31,247 bases of DNA, from NCBI GenBank assembly GCA_011364975.1, contig RDOE01000041.1:1-31247 (forward strand), in the 5' to 3' direction. This DNA comes from Promethearchaeota archaeon. Its GTDB lineage: Archaea > Asgardarchaeota > Lokiarchaeia > Sigyniarchaeales > SOKP01. The position numbers were made by a program, and so were the translations under genes. The stretch's first letter is position 1; the number at the start of each line of letters is the position of its first letter. The notes under the pieces are model-generated. The model searched no databases, had not been told where the DNA came from, and worked only from the letters and a program-made list of their open reading frames with translations. Below are positions 8,934-16,670 of the stretch, in pieces.

Positions 8934-9302
8934 TCATCCTCCAGGACCAAACATTATTACTCTGTCAGAGGCCGCCATCCATTCAGATAAACCTCCTAAA
9001 CCATCTTGGCATACACCGGGAACGAACTTTTCACCCTTTAATCCCGTAAAGTTGATCCATGTACTACATGCGCTTATATTTAAATTGTATTTCTTCATGA
9101 AATCTTCTAATCGCTTTGGTAAGTTTCTTATTGCCGAACCGACATTGACATCTTTATTTATATTATATACTCCACTACCATAAAAGAATATACCTAAAAT
9201 TTGATGCCCTTTGCTTAATAATGCTTCTCCTAAATTTAATAAGGTATCAATTGCCTCAAATTTATAAGGTTCAGCACAAACTACAAAAGAAACAGTTACC
9301 AT
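8934..9302 (-). CDS. dsrE: DsrE/TusD-like sulfurtransferase
   Basis: EPY, ALLSKGHQILGIFFYGSGVYN, conserved Cys in ISACSTW, and GLGGLSEWMAASDRVIMF; first gene of an E-F-H trio. Confidence 0.85.
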   Translation of the reverse strand: MVTVSFVVCAEPYKFEAIDTLLNLGEALLSKGHQILGIFFYGSGVYNINKDVNVGSAIRNLPKRLEDFMKKYNLNISACSTWINFTGLKGEKFVPGVCQDGLGGLSEWMAASDRVIMFGPGG

Positions 9303-9440
9303 ATTAGTAAAATCCTATTTTTTTAAATTTTTTATTAATGATGATTTTTAAAATAAAGCTTAATATATTCAAATTAGGAACTTATATTAATGTTATTGGA
9401 TTTTGATTTACAAGTTGTTAATTGGAAATTATAAAAATAT

Positions 9441-10376
9441 TTGGTGAGGATTATAGAAAGAACTCAAACTCAAAAATCAGCTACAAGTCGTTTATTTGAA
9501 TTTCGGTCAGTAGAGAAAAGAAGGTTAATTCTTTCCCTAACTATTACTTTAATAGTAATGGTAATTGAAATCGTTGGTGGAATCCTAACATTCAGCATAG
9601 CCTTAATCAGTGATGCAGGACATATGTTCACACATGCCTTCGCTCTGAGCTTGAGCTTATTAGCTTTAATTATTGCCAGTAAACCTGCTTGTAATCATAA
9701 AACTTTTGGATTATATCGTGCAGAAGTATTAGCTGCATTTTTAAATGGAATTTTTCTTCTTCCAATTGTAGGGTTTATTATTTTTGAGGCAATTGAAAGG
9801 TTCTTAAATCCCGAAGAAATTCTTAGTTTATATATGTTTATAATTGCTTTATTAGGATTGTCTGTAAATGTTGTTAGCATATTAATTTTACGTGGCTCTC
9901 AAAAATCGAATATCGGTATTAAGAGCGTTTTCTATCATATGATTGCGGATGCAGCATCTTCAATTGGTATAGTAATCGTTGCAATCATAATATCCTTTAC
10001 TAATTGGAACTTTCTCGACCCTTTAGTAAGTTTAGGGATCTCAGCAGTTATAATTTACTGGGCTTGGGGTATATTAAGAGATTCATCTAGAATTCTACTC
10101 GAGATGACACCAAAGGGATTGGATATTGATAAGATTATAGAAGATCTTAAAAGTAAATTTAAGGTGATATCAGAGGTATTCCACGTACATTTATGGACAA
10201 TTACACCAGATATGTTAGTCTTCTCAGCCCATTTAAAATTAAATGCATGTGAAAATCCTAAGGAACTAGAGGATCTAGTTTTAGATGTAAGAAAATATCT
10301 TCATGAAAAATACAACATTTTAGAATCTACATTTCAAACAGTATGTAGTGAAGAAATGTTAGCTTGTAATTTTTAG
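9441..10376 (+). CDS. Cation diffusion facilitator (CzcD/ZitB-like Zn/Co/Cd exporter)
   Basis: ALISDAGHMFTH, TFGLYRAEVLAAFLN, HMIADAASS, DPLVS, ILLE.TP and HVHLWTI. The true start may be ATA at 9453. Confidence 0.93.
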   Translation: MVRIIERTQTQKSATSRLFEFRSVEKRRLILSLTITLIVMVIEIVGGILTFSIALISDAGHMFTHAFALSLSLLALIIASKPACNHKTFGLYRAEVLAAFLNGIFLLPIVGFIIFEAIERFLNPEEILSLYMFIIALLGLSVNVVSILILRGSQKSNIGIKSVFYHMIADAASSIGIVIVAIIISFTNWNFLDPLVSLGISAVIIYWAWGILRDSSRILLEMTPKGLDIDKIIEDLKSKFKVISEVFHVHLWTITPDMLVFSAHLKLNACENPKELEDLVLDVRKYLHEKYNILESTFQTVCSEEMLACNF

Positions 10377-10499
10377 GCTTAAATATTTCTTTCTTTTTAT
10401 TTAAATCTTTAACTTAGTTATAAATATTTTCGTTTAAACTAAGAAGGGTTTTTGTTTTGTTTAATTAACTTTTTCTGAACAATAATTAATTTTCTTATA

Positions 10500-10513
10500 T
10501 TAGATAAACCTAA
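10500..10513. promoter_or_regulatory. Putative DtxR/MntR/SirR-type metal-repressor operator TTAGATAAACCTAA
   Basis: One mismatch to TTAGG-N4-CCTAA, 59 nt upstream of an iron permease, next to a TTTATA box (10518-10523). Confidence 0.5.
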
Positions 10514-10572
10514 ATTTTTTATATTTTTCTTTTTTTATTTTCCATGATAGTATATTAAAGAAGGTTCTCTTT

Positions 10573-11451
10573 ATGTTAAATCAAATTTCGTTAGTTGATC
10601 TTGCAGTCCCCCTTTTTTTAGCAGTTAGAGAGGGATTAGAAGCCGTATTAGTGGTAATAATAATTCTCTTATATCTTAAGAAGACTCAGAAAAAAATTTA
10701 TTATAAATTTGTATACCTCGGGATTATTTTAGCAGTCATTAGTAGTATAATTTTTTCAATTCTATTTAATATGTTATTGGGAGGGTTTTCTGGATTGGCT
10801 GAAGAGGTTTTTGAAGGTTTTACCTTTGTCATATCGGGAATTTTTATAGTCACTTTGATACTTTGGATAAGTCGAGAAGGTCCGAAAATTAGAGAAACAT
10901 TAGAAAACAAAATTGAGGTATCTATTAGCACTCAAAAAATCTTATCAATAACTAGCCTTACTTATGTTATTATTATACGAGAAGGTATTGAATTGGTTCT
11001 TTTATTAACAGGCACTTCTTCGGTTGGTTCATTGAATCAAATAGATGTAGTAATAGGATCTATAATAGGTTTAACAATTGCTATTATTATCGGAATAATA
11101 ATATTTTTCGGATTTAGGAGTATAAATCTATCCAAATTCTTTAAAGCAACAAATTTAATTCTAATTTTATTCGCTGCGGGGTTAATAACTTATGGAATTC
11201 ATGAATTTATCGAAGGTGGAGTAATTAATCCTATTATTGAAGAAGTATGGAATATAAAACACATTCTTCCTGAAGTATTTCCAGATGGAAATACCGCTAC
11301 GCCTGAATTTCTAGAAATAATTGGGTCATTACTGAGAGCATTATTTGGATATAATGCTAACCCAGCTTTGCTAGAAGTGATTATTTATCCAATCTTATTG
11401 ATATCTATTGGTTTAATCTCTTTATATATTTGGAGAAGAAATAATAAATAA
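10573..11451 (+). CDS. FTR1/EfeU family iron permease
   Basis: Two REGxE motifs (REGLE, REGIE), about 7 TM segments and LFGY near the C-terminus. Confidence 0.93.
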   Translation: MLNQISLVDLAVPLFLAVREGLEAVLVVIIILLYLKKTQKKIYYKFVYLGIILAVISSIIFSILFNMLLGGFSGLAEEVFEGFTFVISGIFIVTLILWISREGPKIRETLENKIEVSISTQKILSITSLTYVIIIREGIELVLLLTGTSSVGSLNQIDVVIGSIIGLTIAIIIGIIIFFGFRSINLSKFFKATNLILILFAAGLITYGIHEFIEGGVINPIIEEVWNIKHILPEVFPDGNTATPEFLEIIGSLLRALFGYNANPALLEVIIYPILLISIGLISLYIWRRNNK

Positions 11452-11474
11452 ATTCCCTAATTTTTATCCTATTT

Positions 11475-12407
11475 TTAATAATGTGGCATTTCAGGATGGA
11501 TTTCTTGAACAAACTTAAGGTTAAAGATATCATCCACTCCAATTAGTTGGTTAATATAACCCAATTTATAAAGTAATTCCACAAATTTCATTGTCGCATT
11601 AATATAACCTTCTGATAGAGCAATACAATATTTAGGCGAGATTTTTAAAACAGATTCAACATATTCTTTACTCAATATGGTAAAGGTTTTTGAAATGATT
11701 TCTGCCGCTTTCGATGGGTCTTCTCTTAATAAATAAGATGATTTTTTATGATATTTAAGAAATTCAAATACTAATTCGGGATTTTCTTTTATCAATTTTT
11801 CAGTAAAAAAGATACCATAACTAGGATTATCTGCCCAGAAATAGTTCGAAGGTACAACAATTTTTGATTTTACTAAAGTTGAAGCAAAAATGGCTAATGA
11901 GGGTGTCCCAACCCCTGCTTCTAATTTATTATTCTTCATATCAAGAGCGATAAATTCTGCTTGTTTATAGTTATGAATTTTAACCCTAACTTCTTTACAA
12001 TATTCTTCCATTAAAGATTTCAGAATAACATCATGGATAGAACCTTCACTTGGTACTCCTACAGATTTATTTTTAAATTGCTTAAAAAATTTATAAAAAT
12101 CATTATCTAAATCCATAATGGTCTTATAATTCTTTCTTGCGATCATAATTGTACCTTCTACGTGACCTCCCGCGACACATTTTAATGGTAAACCTTTACT
12201 TATTCCAATAATTGCGGGGGGTAATCCCATATACCCTATATCCAATTCATTTTCTCGAAATGCTTGTATCATTGAAGGCCCTGTTCCATATAATTTCCAT
12301 ATCACTTCCCTCTTCATACTTTCTGCTAAACTATTATCAGCCATGAGAATAAAATTAGTGTGATATGCTGTTGAAAGGTGGCCAATTCGTATTTGTAACT
12401 TTTTCAT
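11475..12407 (-). CDS. NitT/TauT (SsuA/NMT1-like) substrate-binding-fold protein, no evident signal peptide
   Basis: IRIGHL, GPSMIQAF...LDIGYMGLPPAI, VGVPSEGSIHDVIL, LIKENPELV and DPSKAAEII. Confidence 0.8.
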   Translation of the reverse strand: MKKLQIRIGHLSTAYHTNFILMADNSLAESMKREVIWKLYGTGPSMIQAFRENELDIGYMGLPPAIIGISKGLPLKCVAGGHVEGTIMIARKNYKTIMDLDNDFYKFFKQFKNKSVGVPSEGSIHDVILKSLMEEYCKEVRVKIHNYKQAEFIALDMKNNKLEAGVGTPSLAIFASTLVKSKIVVPSNYFWADNPSYGIFFTEKLIKENPELVFEFLKYHKKSSYLLREDPSKAAEIISKTFTILSKEYVESVLKISPKYCIALSEGYINATMKFVELLYKLGYINQLIGVDDIFNLKFVQEIHPEMPHY

Positions 12408-12553
12408 AATTTTTTCAAAATAAGGTTATAAAATAATAATTAATTAACTGATTTTTTAAGTTTTTATAATAAAAAGTATTATTTTTATGACTAGATAACC
12501 ATATCTTGTTATTACAAGATAATTATAGATATCTTCTAAAACAATTGATTATT

Positions 12554-12841
12554 ATGGCTAAGATAAAGATTACTTTTTTATCAATTTTGAGCGATATTAT
12601 TGGAAATAGAGAAATATCCCTTAAAATAGGAGAAAATTCCTCCGTTAGAGATATATTAGAAAATTTAAAAAAATATCTTGGGCATAATTTTGAATTAAAT
12701 TTCTTTAACCCCGATGAGTCATTAAAAGAATATATTATTATTGCACTAAATGGAAAAGATATTCGTCAGGATGAAAATCTTGGAACCATCATACATAATG
12801 GAGACAATATCTCATTCTTGCCAGCAATAGCAGGAGGTTGA
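12554..12841 (+). CDS. MoaD/ThiS/SAMP-like ubiquitin-fold sulfur carrier
   Basis: 95 aa from ATG 12554; IALNGKDI...GDNISFLPAIAGG ends in a free Gly-Gly. Confidence 0.92.
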   Translation: MAKIKITFLSILSDIIGNREISLKIGENSSVRDILENLKKYLGHNFELNFFNPDESLKEYIIIALNGKDIRQDENLGTIIHNGDNISFLPAIAGG

Positions 12842-12853
12842 AGAGAAAATTTT

Positions 12854-13084
12854 TCATAATTTTTTTAATACCATTACCCAAGTTTTTTTAGGGGGGTCAA
12901 CTTCCTTTACATTTATTACTTCTGCTAGATTTTGTCGTTTAACGCTCTCGGGGATATTTTTGAGAGCAGACGGAAAATCTAAGATAACTTCTAATAATTC
13001 TCCCTTTTTCAACTCTTCAAGAGCTAATTTTGTATAAACAAATGTCATAGGACACATTTTACCGCGTATATCTAACCTATTCAA
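12854..13084 (-). CDS. tusA: TusA/SirA family sulfurtransferase
   Basis: LDIRGKMCPMTFVYTKLALEELKKGELLEVILD; CPxT variant of the CPxP motif. The frame stays open 9 more codons to a CTG. Confidence 0.92.
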   Translation of the reverse strand: MNRLDIRGKMCPMTFVYTKLALEELKKGELLEVILDFPSALKNIPESVKRQNLAEVINVKEVDPPKKTWVMVLKKL

Positions 13085-13101
13085 ACGATCATCTTTCCGA
13101 T

Positions 13102-13917
13102 CTATTGACAGGAATTATCATCTCCATATGTTAAATAATCAAGTAAATTTTTTGCATTGACACCGCAAGCAATACAATTGTCATCATGTTTAACATCAAT
13201 GAAATCAAACCTATTTTCTAAAAGATCAACGTACAAAATCTTATTCTTAATTAGATCACCAATATTTAGGATGTATTTAATAGCTTCGTTTGCTTCTAAG
13301 CATCCTAATATCCCTGGTACAAATCCTATTACTCCTGCTTGTGAACAAGACATACTGGAATCCCCCTGGATGGCATCACCAAAGATACATCTATAACATG
13401 CGGTTTTCTCTTCCGGGATTACAGTTATTATTTGGCCATGAAATCTTAACACTCCAGCAATAGTGAATGGTATCTTCAAATGAATACAAGTATCATTAAT
13501 TAGCATCTTGGTTTGGAGATTATCTGAACCTTCGATTACAAAATTAGAATCTTTAAGTAATTTTTTTGAATTATTTTTAGTTATCTGCTCACTCACAATT
13601 TCAATTTCACAATCGGGGTTGAGCTGAGTTATTTTTTCAAAAGAACTCTCGGTTTTTTTTCTACCTATATCTTTAGTGAAGTGAAGGATTTGCCTGTGTA
13701 AATTAGAGATTTCTACTTCATCAAAGTCTATTAATTGTAGTTTTCCAACACCTGCTGCGGCTAGATAATATGTAACTGGAGATCCTAAAGCTCCAAGACC
13801 TACAATGGATATTTTTGAGTTTAATAATTTTACTTGTCCTATTCCACCTACTTCTTTTAGTAGTATTTGACGAGAATATCTTTTAATCTGTTTTTCAGTC
13901 AATTTCATTTTATCCAT
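13102..13917 (-). CDS. ThiF/MoeB/UbaA family E1-like adenylyltransferase
   Basis: RYSRQILL, GLGALGS, DFDEVEISNLHRQ, SDN, CYRC, CSQAGV and CIAC; no rhodanese domain. Start moved to ATG 13917. Confidence 0.95.
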   Translation of the reverse strand: MDKMKLTEKQIKRYSRQILLKEVGGIGQVKLLNSKISIVGLGALGSPVTYYLAAAGVGKLQLIDFDEVEISNLHRQILHFTKDIGRKKTESSFEKITQLNPDCEIEIVSEQITKNNSKKLLKDSNFVIEGSDNLQTKMLINDTCIHLKIPFTIAGVLRFHGQIITVIPEEKTACYRCIFGDAIQGDSSMSCSQAGVIGFVPGILGCLEANEAIKYILNIGDLIKNKILYVDLLENRFDFIDVKHDDNCIACGVNAKNLLDYLTYGDDNSCQ

Positions 13918-14020
13918 ATTAGTAAAAACAAATTTATTATAGAAATAAATTAAGATTATAGAACAAAAGATAATGTTCAAAGAAATTTATATTATATATG
14001 AAAAAAGTATCGAAATGCTA

Positions 14021-14566
14021 TCATAATCGTTTCAATCTCCCGATTTTACCCCCGATCTTTTGTCTGGAATTTCCCTCTATTACTTCAAAAATTTCCTCCT
14101 CAAGAAGATCATAAACAGCATGTTTAAGAGTAACCAGTGGTATTTTTTGTATTTCTTTAAGTTCGATTAATTCATCAATAGAAATTGATTCTCCAGGTGA
14201 AAGCAGAGACCTTATAAACTTTTTAATATCTGATAAATTACTAATAACTGTAATTATATCACTGTCTTTTTCTTTCGAGAGGGTTACTTCTGATACTGAT
14301 ATTTTTGACATTAAAAATTTTATCTGATCTTCAAGTAATCTTACTCGTCCCTTTAATTCGGAAAGTTCATCCTTAGATTTTTTCTTAGTTTTCCCTTTCT
14401 TTTCTAAATATTTTAAAGTTAATTCTTCAAGCGTTTTTTGGTCTATTCCAGCATTCTCTATTAATGCAATTTTTTCTTTTTTAGATAACTTTCCTTCAAA
14501 CTTAATATTGCATTCCTTAGCTAAATCATTTATTAAAGTAATTGTCAATTTTTCTAATCTAATCAT
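14021..14566 (-). CDS. Hypothetical protein: SAP/Rho-N-like helix-extension-helix, coiled coil, winged-helix-like C-terminus
   Basis: LEKLTITLINDLAKECNIK...KLSKKEKIALI; heptads LSELKGRVRLLEDQIKFL; ISIDELI...LKHAVYDLLEEEIFEV. Domain calls were made by eye. Confidence 0.6.
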   Translation of the reverse strand: MIRLEKLTITLINDLAKECNIKFEGKLSKKEKIALIENAGIDQKTLEELTLKYLEKKGKTKKKSKDELSELKGRVRLLEDQIKFLMSKISVSEVTLSKEKDSDIITVISNLSDIKKFIRSLLSPGESISIDELIELKEIQKIPLVTLKHAVYDLLEEEIFEVIEGNSRQKIGGKIGRLKRL

Positions 14567-14783
14567 ATAAAGTAATCATCTCTTATATCGGTGAGATTCA
14601 GAATAAAAAAAATATTCTTAGTATATATAAGAAGGTTATAATAAATTTTAAAAAAATCATTATTAACTACAGAATTAGATTAATATAAATCCTAAGACCT
14701 ATAATTTCCACAAATTTTATTACGCGAAAAACTTTCTTTATTTTGAAATTGAAAGTCATCTTTATTAAAGTTGATTACAGTTA

Positions 14784-15974
14784 ATGAGTAAACTCTTAAA
14801 TGCCCTTTATATAAAACGTAATATCGGCAAAATCTACCTTTTTAGCTTTATTTTAGGGATTCATACTGTAAGGGGGGTATTTATCCCGTATTTTACTGAT
14901 TGGGGAGGCTTGACCTTTTTTGAAATTATGCTTTTGCAAAGTATCTTTACTATAGCCATCTTTCTCTTAGAAATTCCTTCAGGAGCGATTGCAGACAAAA
15001 TAGGACGTAAAACAGCAATTTCTCTATCCGCACTGTCAGTAGCAGTTGCAGCAATATTTTATAGCACGATTCCAGCATTCTTTATGTTTGCAATCGCCGA
15101 GATCATTTGGGGATTCGGTGTAGCTTTATATTCTGGAACAGATGAAGCATTTATTTTTAATACACTGAAAATTCTTGGACGAGAGAAAGAATTACCAAAA
15201 ATCATGGGGAGAGAACAAACGATGAGGTTGATTGCATTGACCGTTTCGGCACCTTTAGGCTCAATAATTGCCGAATACATTTCTCTACAATTTACGATGA
15301 CCTGTTTAGCGTTCATATATTTTGGAGGTTTTTTAATTTCCCTAACGTTTAAAGAACCAAAAATAGTAAATAATAACAAGTCAGAGCGATACTTGACTAT
15401 TTTGAAAGATGGATTTAAACAATTTAGGAAAGTTAAAGTTTTAAGAATATTGTGTTTTGATCGATTATTTATTGGGGTGCTGATCTATTCCTTATTTTGG
15501 ACGTATCAAGTATATTTTGAAGTATTATCAATTCCTATTTTATGGTTTGGATTCCTAACATCATTAATGAATATTATCCAGGCTATATTCATGAATTTAT
15601 TACCTCGGATTGAAAGTTCAGTCAAAAAGAAACTAATTTTTTTGATAATCGTGGACATAATTAATGGTATTACTTTTATTTTTATGGGATTTACTTCCAA
15701 TACTTTTTTAGGAGTTTTTTTGGTGCTCATAATTGTGGGAATTGGGTATCCTCGGTACTTACTTTACATGAATGGAATCAATAAATTTATTGAATCAGAA
15801 AATAGAGCAACAGTTTTGAGTACTATTAATATGTTTGCGAGCATTTTAAGGGCTATATTTAATCCAATAGTGGGAATATTAGTGATGTGGAACATCAATG
15901 TGTTTTTTTTTATTATAGGAATTGGAATTCTCAGTTTTACATTATTAACTAGAGTAAAGAACGAATACTTATGA
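14784..15974 (+). CDS. MFS transporter
   Basis: Motif A-like EIPSGAIADKIGRK, SGTDEAFIF and RATVLS; about 12 TM segments. Confidence 0.92.
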   Translation: MSKLLNALYIKRNIGKIYLFSFILGIHTVRGVFIPYFTDWGGLTFFEIMLLQSIFTIAIFLLEIPSGAIADKIGRKTAISLSALSVAVAAIFYSTIPAFFMFAIAEIIWGFGVALYSGTDEAFIFNTLKILGREKELPKIMGREQTMRLIALTVSAPLGSIIAEYISLQFTMTCLAFIYFGGFLISLTFKEPKIVNNNKSERYLTILKDGFKQFRKVKVLRILCFDRLFIGVLIYSLFWTYQVYFEVLSIPILWFGFLTSLMNIIQAIFMNLLPRIESSVKKKLIFLIIVDIINGITFIFMGFTSNTFLGVFLVLIIVGIGYPRYLLYMNGINKFIESENRATVLSTINMFASILRAIFNPIVGILVMWNINVFFFIIGIGILSFTLLTRVKNEYL

Positions 15975-16084
15975 GATGGATGATATTAGAAAAGAGCCTT
16001 CCTTAATTTATTCATAATTATAGTCAACTTCATCTAGAAAAAAGATTAAGTATATATATTTATCAAGAACAACCTTATCGAACT

Positions 16085-16097
16085 AAAAAGTTTATTA
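16085..16097 (+). promoter_or_regulatory. Putative BRE/TATA promoter of the cold-shock gene (AAAAAG TTTATTA)
   Basis: Purine run followed by TTTATTA, about 80 nt upstream of the ATG; matches the archaeal promoter layout. Confidence 0.4.
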
Positions 16098-16170
16098 GAT
16101 ATCGTATATTTAATTATAACTGAAGAGTGCTAGTTTGATAAGTGCTCTAAAGGTTTCACAAGGTTTTTTT

Positions 16171-16428
16171 ATGCCAACCGGAATAATTAAATGGTTTGAT
16201 GGAAAAAAGGGTTTTGGCTTTATATCTCAAGATGACGGTTCCAATGATGTATTCATTCATTATTCTGCGATTAAAGGAGAAGATGGTAAATTTAGGACTG
16301 TTTATGAAGGAGATAAAGTTGAATATGAAATTACTACGGGCGAAAAAGGGCCTCAAGCAGTAAACTTAATAGTTACTGAAAGAGCTCCCCGTAAAAAGGG
16401 TAAAAGACCACGTAAAAACGAGGAATAA
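16171..16428 (+). CDS. Cold-shock domain protein with basic C-terminal tail
   Basis: GIIKWFDGKKGFGFI (RNP1), DVFIHYSAI (RNP2) and GEKGPQAVN; tail RAPRKKGKRPRK. Start moved to ATG 16171 (85 aa). Confidence 0.95.
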   Translation: MPTGIIKWFDGKKGFGFISQDDGSNDVFIHYSAIKGEDGKFRTVYEGDKVEYEITTGEKGPQAVNLIVTERAPRKKGKRPRKNEE

Positions 16429-16553
16429 CCTAAATTTGATTAAAGCCACCTTATAAGAAAAATAATTAATAAAGGAAGTATCAAGAAAAGTAAAAGAATG
16501 TGAAAAATCCTGGATTAAGGTTTTTAGAATTTTATTATTTCGCGATTTTCCCG

Positions 16554-16569
16554 TTTTTTTCTTTTTTTT
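16554..16569 (+). terminator. Oligo-T terminator after the csp 3' UTR
   Basis: T7-C-T8 tract immediately after a long imperfect hairpin. Confidence 0.55.
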
Positions 16570-16670
16570 ATTATTTATAAAAAAACAATGAAATTCTATA
16601 ACATTATTAGGTAGTATTATTTGTATAAAGTAAAATTATATATTCTCAAATTATTATTATTGGTCTGAGA

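Noticed and set aside
8201-9302. dsrEFH as evidence of dissimilatory sulfur oxidation
   Set aside because: No dsrAB, dsrC or dsrMKJOP in the window; the context points to biosynthetic sulfur trafficking.
9360-9390. TTAATATA-N15-TATATTAA inverted repeat between dsrE and the CDF gene as a metal-regulator operator
   Set aside because: All-A/T arms are expected by chance at this composition and may simply be divergent TATA boxes.
16125-16133. GAGTGCTA as a CIRCE element
   Set aside because: Only a right half-site is present; there is no TTAGCACTC 9 nt upstream.
16498-16530. Functional SECIS element
   Set aside because: The upstream csp has no in-frame TGA and the upper stem is short. Kept only as a generic structured-UTR finding.
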